DNA of 54,464 nt from Prorocentrum cordatum. Taxonomy: Eukaryota. Below the pieces are notes generated by a model. The model made no database searches. It was not told the DNA's origin and worked only from the letters and a program-made list of their open reading frames with translations. The stretch spans positions 62,001 to 116,464 of the forward strand of contig CAUYUJ010000239.1 of assembly GCA_963575745.1 (NCBI GenBank), read 5' to 3'. A program made the position numbers and the translations under genes. Each line of letters starts with the position of its first letter. The first letter of the stretch is position 1. Shown here piece by piece: positions 1-13,569 of the stretch.

Positions 1-33
1 AGTAGTAGTAGTAGTAGGTAGTAGTAGTAGTAG

Positions 34-82
<49 letters not shown>

Positions 83-93
83 CAGTAGTAGTG

Positions 94-145
<52 letters not shown>

Positions 146-341
146 TAGTAGTAGTAGTCGTAGTAGTAGTAGTAGTACTACTACTACTACTAGTTGTTGT
201 TGTTGTCGTTTAGTAGGCGTAGTAGTAGTAGTAGTAGTAGTAGTAGCAGCAGCATCACGAGTAGTAGTAGTAGTAGTAGTTGTTGTTGTTGTCGTTCAGT
301 AGGCGTAGTAGTAGTAGCAGTAGTAGTAGCAGTAGCAGCAG
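1..341. repeat. (AGT)n / (TAG)n microsatellite with AGC and GTT variants
   Basis: Directly visible trinucleotide tandem run. Confidence 0.95.
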
Positions 342-410
342 TTCACAAAAATAGCACGCCCAGTTCGAGCACAGCGGAGATAAGCCAATCAGCCGAGAGA
401 GTACGCGACC

Positions 411-1251
411 ATGTTTTTTGTCCTGTCGGAGCTTTACAGCAAAACGGGGATGCCGAAACAATGCAAACTCACAAAAGCAATGGCCAACAGCACTTGGTGC
501 ATTTCTTCAATGATGGGTTTATTTCAGATACACGATCCCGGTGTTCAGTGGGACCCTGTTCCTGAATATTTGCGCAACTGCGTGGGTGAATTTAAGTTGC
601 CCAGCGGCAAATTTCCAGGTGGGTTAACAATTCTGCTTTGTATGATAGCCAGCGCGGGCGATCGTCATCCCTGTCAAGCTTACTGCGGGATCAAAGGGTC
701 ATGCAGGTTTTTGACGACGAGTGGAGCAATCAGACAATCGACAAACTGCGCTACACAATTGTATCTCCCGAAACTGACTCCAAAGGCGTTCGTTTGGCGG
801 AAAGATCAACCAGCGAAGTAAAACGTTCCCCTAGGCTGTGCCATGTTAATTCCGGTTACCACACGGACTGGGTGCGGGATTTCATGGTTCATTGCGACGC
901 ACCGGGGAAAATATTTGAGTCTTTCTCAGAGTCATTCAAAATCCTTTCGAATATTGCAGGCACTGGTGCTTTCCAGGGCCGTGCATATCTTTCTATGGCT
1001 TTTTATCGCGTATAAGATGGATTTTTCCTGTGCCAGATGATATGCTATACGATTTGGCTGGACCAAACGTCAGAGAAATGGAAAAGATGTGCAAATATGC
1101 GGGCTTCATTTATGGCGGGTTATACAAAATGATCAAGGAAGAACTGCCCCATATTGAGCCAATGGAGTATGAGGTTTGGACGTGCAAGGTAGTGAATGTC
1201 CTCTTCCTTTTGAAAATGGAAAAAAATCCAAAGCTGTGCGGCGGCGGTTGA
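411..1251 (+). pseudogene. Frameshifted coding remnant with a helix-hairpin-helix-like motif, possibly of the aGPT-Pplase / 5-hmdU DNA kinase helical-domain type
   Basis: Overlapping ORFs 411-821, 638-1015, 843-1040 and 1030-1251. Removing single extra bases near 974 and 1025 gives ...SFKILSNIAGTGAFRAVHIFLWLF...DDMLYDLAGPNV...YEVWTCKV. Family assignment is by motif resemblance only. Confidence 0.3.
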
Positions 1252-1442
1252 CAAAGAAGCAGAACATGATGTAGTTTATGTAGTGCGCTTTTATTTGTTG
1301 TGTGTTGGAGGTGCCTGTGTGAAAGAAAATGGTACACCATATGATACGATCCTATTGTCTTCAACTCGTACCGCGGCCACGCTGAGGTAACCATTCGAGG
1401 TGTTATTGATGTAGGCTTCGCGGGAATCTCGAAAAAATGTCC

Positions 1443-2068
1443 TTGGTTTGTCTGTATCTAGAGTGTTGTTCGTTATCGCACTTTTTCTTGATTATGCCAC
1501 AGCCTAATGTTTTCGTGAGTTTCAAATGCCCGGCATCCAACAAAGCGAAAACAAAAAAATGTGCTATGACTGCTTCGATTCAAGCGCGACAATATTCAAA
1601 TCGGTAGCTTTTGCGTCGTTCGCTACGTGCCTCTTCAGCAAGCAATACCAGAAACGCACGTTTGCTTGAGGGCGGCGGATCTCATATCAAGGAAAGCGCA
1701 AAACAAAAAAATAATGTTGCGACTTATTGACGCAACACACATTAGACAATGTATTTGGTCTGTTTGCTTCTAAGGTGTTGTTCGTTATCGCACTTGTTTC
1801 TTTGATTATGCCACAGTCTAATGTTTTCGTGAATTTCAACGATCTGACATTCAACAAAGCTGAAAACAACAATGTTGTGCTATGGCCGCTTCGATTCAAG
1901 CGCGACAAGAGTCAATTCGGTAGCTTTTGCGTCGTTCGCTACGTGCCTCTTCAGCAAGCAATGCCAGAAACGCACGTGTGCTTGGGGGCGGCGGATCCCG
2001 TATCAAGGAAAGCGCAAAACGAAAATGTCATGCTACGACCTCTTGACGCAACGCACATTAGACAATGT
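1443..2068. repeat. Diverged tandem duplication, two copies of ~315 bp
   Basis: gtgttgttcgttatcgcac at 1463 and 1775; attagacaatgt at 1741 and 2057. Confidence 0.9.
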
Positions 2069-2157
2069 CCGTCTCAATTCGCGTGCGAGAGAGTGGAATA
2101 TGTAAGCGTCCAAGTCGCATGAGCCAAACAGGGGGGCCCATAGGGGCTGGGCCACCC

Positions 2158-2208
2158 ATATATGTATATATATATATATATATACATACATATATATGTA
2201 TATGTATG
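2158..2208. repeat. (TA)n-type microsatellite
   Basis: Directly visible. Confidence 0.9.
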
Positions 2209-2520
2209 CAGAAGAAGCGATCCCGGTGACATCAGTGCGAAGTAAGGAAGCACCACACCTGAGATATCACTTGGATGGTTGGGACTTCTTGTATGAGAAT
2301 CGCAGAAACCCTGTATGATTAGGGCCTCAGAGCTCCCAAGGGCTGCAGCGTGTACTTTCTCTGAAGGTCGTGCAACCCCAAAATCACAATGAAATTACAT
2401 GGTTCCTGGGATTCTTACACAGGAAATCCATATGAACCCGGTGAATACACAGGGTTTGGCGCCCCCTTGCTTCGCAAATGTTGCAATGTTACAGAGATCG
2501 CTGCTCCCTCTAGTACGCTC

Positions 2521-2532
2521 TGTCTCTCTCTG

Positions 2533-2627
<95 letters not shown>

Positions 2628-2630
2628 TAT
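2521..2630. repeat. (TC)n(TA)n compound microsatellite
   Basis: Directly visible. A short (GA)n run follows near 2717-2737. Confidence 0.95.
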
Positions 2631-5189
2631 GTGTGTGTATCCCTGCCCCTCTGCTGCATCGGAAGAGGACGAAGAGGAGTATGAGAAGGACGACGACGAA
2701 GAGGAAGAGGAGAAGGGAGAGAGAGAGAGAGAGAGAGATTCGCAGGAGCTGCGACCCTGTGAAATCACACGGCTTGCGAAGGCAGGACCCCAAACCCTAA
2801 AAGTTCACATGGATGTTTCGGATGTCTGGTCGGAGAAATCCAGAAGACCGCGAGGACACGTCTTGTGACCGAGAGGAAACCCCAAAGAAGCATGTACAGG
2901 GTAGCTCAGAAAAAGAAGCGAGATTGCGGCAGATCTGGGCTTTGAACAATGACAAGAACGAGGGAAGCAGCGGAAATCTAAACAACCTTCACAGCCAGTG
3001 CCAGTAGCGCCCACAACGTGTAGCGCACAGCGATGAATCAGAATCGGATACTAAGGAAGATGAAAAGGTGAACGATGGAACACAAAAAGACAAGCTCACA
3101 CCGCGCCTGGCCGTAGCTCCGATTACTGCCACTGCCGCCAAAGCCAGTGCCAGTGCTGCCGAAACCAGCGCCACCAAAGCCTCCGCTTGGACTCCCGCCC
3201 TGCACGGGGTACATCAGAGTGTACGCGGGACGGCGGTCGGCATCGCAATTCCTGCCACTTGGTCTCTCACGGTAGTGCTCCCCCCCATGCATGAACTCTC
3301 CCCGTGCTTGTGGCGCGCACTCGTGGACATGTCGCCGCCACAAGAACGATCCACGCGCGAACGGGCAAGTGTCAAGCCCCCAGGCGGTTCGGGGTACCCA
3401 AATGCTGTGCCTGCTACATCGCGGTGATCATTGGGCACTGGGAAAAAAAAAAGAAGTCGGAGGAGCAAAACAAGCGCCTCCTTCGAGACATCGCCACACT
3501 CTTGGCGCGAACGGGCACACGTAAAACCCACGGGCGGCTCCTCCCTAGGGTGCCGACTGCTATGCTTGTTACATCGCCGCGGTCACGGGCGACGCCAAGT
3601 ATGAGGGGCAAGTATGTGTGGGTCTGAATGTGAGTGACAGAGAATGAGTAACTCACGTTCAAGCTGAGCATGAGTGCTTCTGAGTGTGAATGCCATGAGT
3701 GCGTGAGTCTGAGTGTGAATGAGTCTGGCTGCGAGCGCGTCTAGGTATTAGTGCGAATGAGTGAAGGAGCATGATTTAAGCTAACCACCATGAAAAGGTA
3801 GTGTCCAAGGATATCCAGTAAGATGGCGCAGATGAACAGATCAAGGATAGCAAAGGCCACAAAAATATGTGTACGTCCTTGTGGAGGTCCCCTACACGCA
3901 ATGCGGTTGCACCTCCAAGCGGCAACAAAGAAATAATATACTGGCACGACGTGGTGGCACGGAAACTGTTGGCGACAGGACCGCTCACATAAAAAGAAGC
4001 TGCAAATCCTGAAGGACGAGTTCGCACCATGTGGCCCCAGTCCCTCAACCGCGGGGTGTCCTGCTTGAACGTACGTCTCTTAGCGCTCAGAAGAGCCAAC
4101 GTGTCCCGGGCACACAAGATTTCTGTCCAGGAGCGCAATGGTCTGCCTTACATTCAAAATACTTCGAACTCACCTCCCAAAGCGATGGGTCGTCGGTCCT
4201 GCGATATCGTAACGCCTACCGCCTCACGCCGCGAAAGCAAACATTCTTGAGCAAGAGGCAGGCCACAGTGCAAATCCAACAATTGAAACAATATCGAGCG
4301 AGCGAGGCATTCAATGTTGATGCAAATCGATGTGTACATAAGGTCCGCCACTGGCATGACCCGTACGATCACCCGATTACGTTCTCTGAATGTATGTCAC
4401 GCGTCCTCTACATGCCTTTGCCTCAAGAGACAGGTGTTTTCGAAACGGTATCACAATACTGAACTATACGCACAAGCTTCGCTCTTGTAGTGAATGTATA
4501 GGCCCCTAATACTTAGGGATGCGATGGATTGTTGGCTTTTCAAGCGAAGACTGTCAGACAAGATCAGCCGCGGTCCTGACATACGGGATACCGTCCACCG
4601 CAACCTGCTGCGGGTGGTCCCCCAAGACGCCCCCGAAAGACCCACGGAAAAACAGACAAAAAAACGTCAAGGAAGCCCCCAAACGACAAAGCAACAACCA
4701 TGCAAAGGTGCGGTCACGCCACGACGAAGCATCGCAGGGTTGTTTGCCAACACGCCGCGCAATTCTTCCCATCGTGCTACTGGCTACACCGATACGTACA
4801 CCAAGTGACCAGGAACACCGATTCCTAGTTAAGTAATGCGTTTGCTATCACGTATCAGTATCATCCTGGTAAACGTTTCACTATTCCTCACCCCGCGCCA
4901 TCTCCTCCTCATCCTCCTCCTCCTCCCGCTCCCCCGCATCATCCTTCGACCCTGTTCCCCGCTCATCATGGAAGTACCGTCATGATCCCTCCTTGGTTTC
5001 CACCTGCACGATCCTCCTCCATCATTTCCCCCTCCACCTCCTCCTCCTCCTCGTCCTCCTCCTCCTCCTCCTCCTCATTCTCGCTATGTTCCCACAGCCC
5101 GTGAGAATCCTGACGGCCGCGTGCCGTGAGAAATTGTCTGTGCTCGCGTTTGACCAAACTCGTCCACAGCGATGGCATCAGCTTCGAAG

Positions 5190-8100
5190 CCTTTCCGGAC
5201 AAGAACGGGAAGCGCCGCTTCTCTGAGCTTGGGTGCGCACGCGCGCATGAAGCTGCACCCAACACGCATACGTGCGAATGGGGTGCAATCGCTGGGATCC
5301 CCTGCATGCCCAGATGGTTGCCATCGGTAGTTTATGTTTAATGGTTGCCTGCGTTTGCTTTAGTCTGGTGTTGCGCGTGGCCTGTGCGCGTGTGTATGTG
5401 TGTGCGTGTGTGCGTGTGCCTGTATGTCTATGTGTGCCTGTGTGCGGCCGTGTGCGCGCGTGCGGCTGCACGCAGGGTGCGTTCTGGGCGCGCGGGACAA
5501 GGGGTGTACGGCGCATGCGGGGTGTGTTCTGGGGGGGCGGGCAGAGGGATGTACAGTGGGCGTACGGGGTACATGATAGGGGCGACGGGCAGGGGGGCGC
5601 ACGGCGGGCGTGCGGGATGTGTTATGGGTGGAAAGGCCCGGTGGGGTGTACGGCATGAGTATGGTTTGTGCGTGATGTACGTCTCTAGATGGCAATTTGC
5701 GTGTTGGGGATGCATCACGTGTTTTGCGCGTTGCATGCGTCGTGCACTGCATCGCGTGGCAGTCAACGATGACAATGACACTGACGATGATAACGACGAT
5801 GGTGATGACGCTGATAATGTCCATGATGGTGACGACGAGGATGATGCTGATGATGTTGGTGATGATGGTGATGGTGACTATGATGATGACTATGATGCGG
5901 ATGACGATGATGATGATCATCAGAATCCTCGTGATCACGATTATGCTTGGAATGGCGTGAAGATGATGAAGGGTTTCTCGGGGCGCGCCCGGGCGTTATC
6001 GAGGTCCTTTGGGGCGCCAATTGGAGCCGCACTCCCCCAATTAAGCCCTCCAGGAGCGTTCCAAGACGACGCGCAAATAGAGCGTACCCAACATTTCGAT
6101 GTTCAGGATGTCTTGAGCGAACTCGCTACGTTCGATACACGACGTCTCAAAACAAGCTCTTCGAACTGTTGTTGTCGAGGATGGCTCGAACGAAACGGCC
6201 AATGCGAGGGGAACCTTTCCGGACAAGAAAGGGAAGCGCCACTTCTCTGAGCTTGCGTGCGCACGCGCGCATGGAATTGCACCCAACACGCAGGCGTGCG
6301 CACGGGGCGCAATCGCTGGGATCCTCTGCGAACCCAGATGCTTGCCATTGGTAGCGTATGTTTAGTGGTTGCCTGCGCTGTCTCTGGCCAGGTGTTGTGC
6401 GTGGGCTGCTCGCGCAAGCGTGTGCGTGCGTGTGCGCGTGCGCCTGCATGTCTGTGCGCGCCTGCGCGCGGCTGCGTGCGCGCGCGCGGCTGCGCGCGCA
6501 AGGTGCGTGCTGGGCGCGCGGGACAAGGGGCGCACGGCACGCGCGCGGGGCGTGCTCTGGGGGGGGCGGGCGGGCGAAGCGAAGCGAGGCCAAGCGAACG
6601 CCGGAGTCGCGCGCGCTCCACTTGGGAGCCCGCCCGTGCCCATCAGGGCACGGCGAAGGGGCCGTGTCCTCGAAGATGTGAGCTTCGCGCCTGCCCGTCG
6701 CTTCGGCGAGGCGCGCCTGCCGAGAAACGACTCACGTGATCTGGCGCATACTCTTGTGAAGCGCATCCATATTGGCCATCGTGCGGCTCTCGAAATGCCG
6801 GAACCAGTGGGATGCCTCCTCGTTCGTCTGCCCCCTCCCGTTCTCCGTGACATTGCTCTCCTTCTCGCCCTCCGCGTCGTTCATCGCCGGCGCCCCCAGG
6901 TGCCATCTGGCTCTCGTCCTCCACAGATTTGACGCTCGTCTCCTCTGTGTCATCCCTGTCGGCGACAGTGTACGTCTGGTCGGCTTCACTCGGGCCCGAC
7001 CCCACTCACCTGTCCTCAATGGCGTCGATATCGATGTAATCGTCGGCTTCGGGAAAGGCGGTCACATCTGAGAAAACCGTCATCGGTTGCAAGTCTGCAC
7101 GCGCGTTGTCCACGCCATTGATGCCTTGCGTCGCTTGCTGAGGCCACAGAGCAAAGGCGCAGTCCAGGGAGCCCCTGGCGTAGAAATCCTCGTCAGCAGC
7201 GGCATTGCTATCGCGGTCGCCCAACAATGTGCTGGACGATCTTGTCGCGCCGAGGCAGCGCAGGCCAGGCGGCGGAGTGCCGCTAAGAAGAATGGCTTCC
7301 AATTGATCCAATCGCTCAAGCATCGCATCTACCTTGGCTTCGATCGAGTCGGCGACGATGATCATGCATTCGCTCCTGCGCGATCCGCTGCCGCTCTCTG
7401 CGCACAGGCCACGGGCTGGGGCTGACCATCGCCAACCCATGCCAAGAGGCTACGCGGGCCTTGCCCCCTCGATACATTGCCCCCTCGCTCCATTGCTACG
7501 CGGGGGGGGGCGGGCGGGGGGGGGCACAGTGGGCATGCGGGGTGCATTATGGGGGCGACGGGCGGGGGGGCTCACGGCGGGCGCGCGGGATGTGTCATGG
7601 GTCGGACGGGCGGGGAGATGTACGGCATGCGTATGGTCTGTGCGTGGTGTACGTCGCTAGATGGCCATTTGCGTGCTGGGGGTGCGTCACGTTTTCTGAG
7701 CGTTGCACGCGTCGTGCATTGCATCGCGTGGCAGTCAACGCTGAGAATGGCACTGACGATAATGATGACGATGGCGATGACGCTGAGAATGTCAGTGATG
7801 GTGACGACGATGATAATGATGCGACGAATGATGATGGCGATGATGATGATGCGGGTGTCGGTGGTGAGGATAATGACGTTGATGATCAGCATCGTCCACG
7901 TGATCTCGATCATGCTTGGAATGATGGTGAAGATGATGAAGGGCTTCCTGGGGTGTACTTGGGCGTTCTTGGGGCCCTTTGGGGCGCCAGTTGGAGCTGC
8001 ATTCGGCCAGTTAGAAGCCCTCCATGAGACGTTCCAAGACGAGGCAGCAAGTAGAGCGCACTTGACGTTCAATGTTCTGAGGATGTATTGAGCGAAATCG

Positions 8101-8842
8101 CTACGATCGACACTCGACGTGTCAAAACAAGCCCTTCGAACTGCTGTGTTCGAGGATGTCTCGAACGAAACGACCAGTTCGAAAGGCATCTGCAGGGCAA
8201 GAACGGGAAGCGCCGCTTATCTGTGCTCGCGTGAGCACGCGCGCACGGAGTTGCCTCCAACACGCATGCGCGCGCATGGACTACAATCGCTGGGACCCCC
8301 TGCATGCCGAGATGGTCGCCATTGGCAGGGAATGATTAGCGGTTGCCTGCGCTTGCTTTGGCCAGGTGTTGCGCGTGGCCTGTGCATGCGCGTATGTGTG
8401 CGTGTGTGCGTGTGCCTGCGCGCCTGTGTGCCTGTGCGCGGCTGCTGGCGCGAATGCGGCTGCGCTCGCAGGGCGCGCGCTGGGCGCGCGGGACGGGGAG
8501 GGCGCGGCGCGACCCGTGAGTGCTCGGGGGGGGCGGGCGGGGGGATGCACTGCGGGCGCGCGGGGCGCCATCTGGGGGCGACGGGCGGGGGGGCGCACGG
8601 GGCGCACGGGGCGCGTTCTGGGGGGGGGGGGGGGGGCGGGGGGGCGGAGGGATGTACGGCATGAGTATGGTCTCTGCGTGGCGTACGTCTCTATATGGCC
8701 ACTTGCGCGCTGGAATTGCGTCACGCGTTCTGCGCGTTGCATGCGTCGTGCATTGCGTCGTGTGGCAGCCAACGATGACAATAGCACTGACGGTGACAAT
8801 GATGGCAAGGGCGATTGCGCTGGTAATGTCCATAATGGTGAC

Positions 8843-8877
<35 letters not shown>

Positions 8878-9030
8878 CGATGATGATGATGATGATGATG
8901 ATGACGGTGGTGAGGATGATGCTGATGGTGGTGATGATGACGATGAGGCTGATGGTCATCAGCACCAGCACCAACATCATCATCTGCATCCTCTTCATCA
9001 ACCCCCTGATCCTGCTCATGCTTGGAATGA
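5190..9030. repeat. Diverged ~1.03-kb tandem repeat, about 3 units, with (GT/GC)n and (GAT)n tracts
   Basis: Anchor aatcgctggga at 5287, 6311 and 8285. Spacing is 1024, then 1030 after removing the 6575-7518 insertion plus its duplication. Shared blocks include tgtacggcatg.gtatgg and atgcttggaatg. Confidence 0.85.
6575..7502 (-). mobile_element. ~930-bp insertion flanked by a 16-bp duplication, probably a non-autonomous or truncated non-LTR retroelement
   Basis: Interrupts unit 2 of the 1-kb repeat. ggggggggcgggcggg occurs at 6559-6574 and 7503-7518. The minus-strand end is (CTTCG)-like repeats. Minus ORF piece IEAKVDAMLERLDQLEAILL is coiled-coil-like. Confidence 0.55.
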
Positions 9031-10089
9031 TGGTGGACATGATGCAGGCTTCATTGGGCGGCATACCTGCAACATCGATTCTGGCATTGTAAGGACAACC
9101 TCCTTCTCAACAATCGCCACAATATTCGTCGCGAGTCGGGTAGCCTGTTTATATGAGAACCTCGCGTTTGCTCGGGCGACGACCAAGTGTTCACCCACCC
9201 GTAGCGTTCAACGGCTGTGGACTTGAAAGGGTCCGACGAGGATGGACCTGGAGGAGTAGTAGGAGCAGGCGCTGCGGAGGACCGGGGACCACGCTCATCG
9301 AAACGCCACTCCAGCACCGTGTTCCTGTCTCTGTCCTGCTTCCCTTTGCCCTGAAACCCTGGACGCACGAATCGGCGTGATCAGCTTTCTCACGAAGCGT
9401 GTCAAGGATAACCTCAATCTTCTGTCGGCCCTCACTCTGAGCACTGGTCCCGAAGGACCACTGCGTAAGGCCTTGACGCCAGGGCCCGATGTCTGATTAA
9501 AGAACACGCTGCGCCGCTCTAGCTCCTTGGCCTGTGCGGCCATTTCCTCGGCCTCGAACTTCCGCCCCTGGGCCTGCATCTCGACAGATTCCCCCTCCAT
9601 CGCGTGGACGTGCTGACGACCGCGCTTGAGGTCCAGGCGCGCAATCAAAATCTTCGAAGATGTTTACAGCCTGTTTGGGGAGTCCAAAACAAGACCGACA
9701 ATGACGGACCAGTGCTCCACGTCGCACGGCGAAAGATAAGACCAAGCAAGTAAGACCATCACGTCAAAACATCGACCAACAATGCACAAGATACAGACAG
9801 CGCGCAGGTACACCATGCGGGGCAAGGAGGGAGGAGTACAGGAAGAGATCCCACATGGGATGTTGCGTGGCCTCGGCGGCAGCCTCGAGTGGGCCCCCAG
9901 GCGGCAACCAGGTGGTCGGGCCCCAAGATCGCCCGACCAAGCCGAGCTCCCCCGAGACCCGAGCCAACCCTCCACCCGGCAACAGGGGAGGGTCGGGGCC
10001 TGGCAGGAAAACCGCGCACGGGAACCCGCTGGGCCACACCTGGTTTGTGCGTCTGCGTAGAGAACTGGCAGGCGCGAACCGCCCAGACT

Positions 10090-10390
10090 CAGTCTGCCGC
10101 AGCCGCGCAGACGCAGACGCGCAGCCGCAGCCGCGCAGCCGCGCAGCCGCAGCCGCAGTCGCTGCAGCTGCAGCCGCGGCCGCTGCAGCCGCAGCCGCAG
10201 CTGCAGCAAGCCAGAATCTCATTAAGCCGCAGCCGCAGCCGCAGTCGGAACCGCAGCCGCAGCCGCAGCCGAAGCCGCAGCCACCGCCGCAGCAAGTCGA
10301 GCTGCAGCCGCAGCCACAGCAGGAGCCGCAGCCATAGCGGCAGCCGCAGCCGCAGCCGCAGCTGGAAGCCGCAGCCGCAGCCGCAGCCAC
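10090..10390. repeat. (GCAGCC)n hexamer minisatellite
   Basis: Directly visible. It explains the low-complexity ORFs here. Confidence 0.95.
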
Positions 10391-11356
10391 AGGCACGGTT
10401 TCTGACCCTGCCCGTCCGGTTGCGCCCGAGGTCCTCGCCCCCGGACTGGTCGCACACAGACTTGAGCGGGCCAATTGGTGCCTAAAGCATGCGTTTTGAA
10501 ATTCTTCTGTTTCGAATGTTGCCAGGAGCCTGAAACCAAAATTTTGGCAAGCTATTCCGGCGGAGGGTCTGCGTTTACCGTTTCGTCCATCTCTGGGCGA
10601 CGAACCCCCTGGCACACGGCGCGCGTGCGTGAGATCTCTGTAGCTCGTGACGGGGTCCCAGTTGTTTCAAAAAGAACCAGCGCATGACTGCTGGAACAAT
10701 CGCACCCGCGCGTGGATGCTGGAAAGCGCGCGCGTCTATGATTCCAACACAGGAGAACGCGCTCGAGCAAAAGTACTTGCGCTGATGCGTGGTCACGCCC
10801 TCCGAACTTCAATTACAAATCGAAGAGATCTGCACGCCAGGCCGCGAGCACAGCATGCGCCCATAAATGATACCACATACACAGGAGTAGATATCTCAGA
10901 CCCGGTGGAAGGATCGGGAGGGGAGAACGACGACAATGAAAAGGGGAGCGGTGTCCTCCGCTGCAGAGCTGCGGTAGGCCAGAGTCGACCTCTAGGCGGC
11001 CCCCCTGCGCGCGGCCAGGGCCGCGCCGCCGCGGGAGAGGTAGCAACCCCCTGGCCGCGGCTTCTCGAGCGCGCGCGCGCCGCAAGAGCAAAGAGGGAGG
11101 AGCGTGGGAGGGAGGAGAGAAAGGAATCGAAAAGACGGTTTCCTGAAAGCTCGTGCGGAGAAACCGCCTGTAGTCAGGAGCACAGGCGAGCCTACTCGCA
11201 GCGCCGAAAACTGCACGAGACCAGGCTTGTCGCCAATAGCCCTGCCGCTCCGCGGAAGCGTTCCGCGGAACGGCAGCGATCAAGAAAGGCCGTGCATTAA
11301 CGGGCGCGCTGCCGAAGGCTTCTCGCCAGCCGTCTTGCGTGGCCTAGGCGCTCATC

Positions 11357-12060
11357 TCAGCGACCAGACCCTGACGCCTGCCCTTTGCCCACCTTGGCGG
11401 CGAGGCGCCTGCGCAGTGCCTCGCCCACCCCCGCCCCTGAAGGCGGCGAAGGGGAGGGCCGCTTGAAGCCCCTGCGGCCCTTCCCCTTGATGGCCTCTGG
11501 TGGGCTCTTCGGGGCGGCTGGCTCCTTCTTCCTCGCGAAGGCGGCGCCCGTCCACATCGGGGCCCCAGGCGGGGCGCGGACGCCCTTCTCGGCGAACTCC
11601 CCCAGGAGGTCGTCTACCTTGTACTGGCGGCCGTTCTTCTTCAGCGTCGCGACCGTGTTGTAGTTGAACGCGTCGTCGAATTCCAGCTCGTCTGCTTCGA
11701 ACGTGGCGAACACTTTCGGTTGGTGGTGGTCGAGGCACGTGGACACCGACCACACGCTCTCGCCCTCGCCCTTCTCCGCGGCGTAGAAGCCCCTTCTTGA
11801 GCTCGTCGTCGGTGTGCTCGTCGCTCAGGGGGCGCCCGTTCTCGTTGTAGCGCTGGCTTAGCGCCGTGCTGAAAGTCCCCCAAGTCTCCAGGCCGTCGCA
11901 CAAGACGGTCGGGAGGGGCGTCTCCGGCGAGACCCTGAACGCCAAGAGGACGAGGCCCAACATGCAGTCGTTGCACCAGCAGCTCGCGTCTGGAACTTCC
12001 CGGAAGCGCTCGGGCTTAAGCTTGTGGAGCAGGAAGTCCAGGAGTCCGTTCTGCCTTGCC
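11357..12060 (-). pseudogene. Possible exon remnant of an unknown protein, frameshifted near 11770
   Basis: Coding-like, GC3-rich minus frames (KQNGLLDFLLHKLKPERF...; FEADELEFDDAFNYNTVATLKKNG...). A pyrimidine tract plus CAG precedes it on the minus strand near 12060. No family recognised. Confidence 0.3.
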
Positions 12061-13569
12061 TGCTGCGCGGAAAACAGGAACGACGAGCGAGAATGGGTAC
12101 CGGACTGAAGGAAACAAAAAAACTCCCTCTCAATATCTGTTTGGCCTCGCCACGTGGCTCGATTATCTCAATTGCGGATCACTTCAGACATTCCGAGGTC
12201 GTTATCGCGGACCCCTCAAAGCGACAGCACGGCAAAAAGCATGCGGGTGAAGAAACATTGGGCCCCTGGGCGCATAGTTTCAATCAAGATGCTCGTTTTT
12301 ACTCCATTCGTATCCCTGCCAACATGGACGGGCGGAAAGCTCCAACATGATAGAAAACTCATGAGTGGACGTGGTGCACAACGGGCACTTCAAAGCTTGA
12401 AGTCCCCTCCGCCCTCCGCCTGTTCAGGTGCGCGAACTTCGTCGCGTTCGCCCGAAGCTAACTGCCCAGCGGCTGCTCGCTCTCCAGCTTCTCGCTGCGC
12501 TCGCTGTCCCCCGCAGCACGGCTTTCCACTCCTCGTTGTGGAGGAGCGCGTTCAAGTGGCACAACCGGGCTGGGTCTGCACGCAGGACGCGCAGGTGTCC
12601 GCTAACGTCTGCTCGACCGCCGCCTCGCCCGCGCGGCCCAGGCTGGAGAGAATGGACGAGGCCTCCTGGTCGGCAGCCTTCTCGGCGCCGCTGGTGGATG
12701 CCATGGCTGCGCGGGAGCGGGCGGCCCGGGCGGGCTCCGCGGGAGACGAGCTGGCCGGGCGCCGAAAAGCGTTGCAGTCACACTGCGCTGGAGCAGAACA
12801 GCTGCAGAGGACGAGATGAAGAGACCGCGCGGGACAAGGGCGGCGGGGAGAGACAGGGAAGATGGACGCAGTGAGAAGGGGCGAGACTGCTCACACTGAT
12901 GGATGGATGAGCGGGCCCCTGCACCACAGAGCGGACAGCAGGGGGGGGCAGAGCAGAAGGACAGAGGGTCATCTGCTTTGGTTTCGAAAGCGGGAAGAAG
13001 ACAAGAGCGAAAGGCAGACGAAACGGCAAGACGACAGAGGAACGACGAAAAGTGCACGGGGCGAAAGTCACGAGGAGGCGAAGGTGCCTCGGCACCTGCG
13101 AGAACCCACTCTCCCCTCCCTGCCCTCCTGTGCTGTTTCTGTTGTCCGTGCCGGCGCTCTCAGTGGGCATCTCTGTGAGTCACTCGTCTTCGGAACGCAG
13201 CAGGCCTCATATATGCGCGGGCGCTGTCAACGAACCTACCCTGGGGCACTGCCGTGCCTCGCGTAGCCCTGACGCCATCCGCGCGCGCGGTTCGCGACGA
13301 GCGAACCGCGGGCGGAGAACATCAGAAGGCAGCACCGCAGGCTGACGGCGGAAAAAAGTTAGCCTGCGTCGGCGGCAGCGCAGGCGTGCCGCCGAACAAC
13401 GGAACTCAGGCTTGTCGCCGACCACGCCGCAGGCGTGTCGCAGCAGGCGCGTCGGCGCGTAGAGCCGAGGTGCGCCGCGCAAGAGCTCCGCCTCGCGGAA
13501 GCGGGGGGCTGAGGCGCTGGGCGAGCCAGCAGCGGGGTGCCGAGCGGCACGCACGCGCCCATGCTTTTT

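Noticed and set aside
1..341. Telomeric repeat
   Set aside because: (AGT)n is a simple trinucleotide microsatellite, not a TnAGGG-type repeat.
2780..4836. Possible decayed gene or transposase
   Set aside because: There are protein-like fragments, but no recognisable motif or consistent frame.
9160..9750. Minus-strand ORF pieces (9295-9648)
   Set aside because: No recognisable domain, so a call cannot be supported.
5126..10615. Long ORFs rich in D, M, I, A, Q/P or R
   Set aside because: They are products of (GAT)n, (GT)n and (GCAGCC)n tracts in GC-rich DNA.
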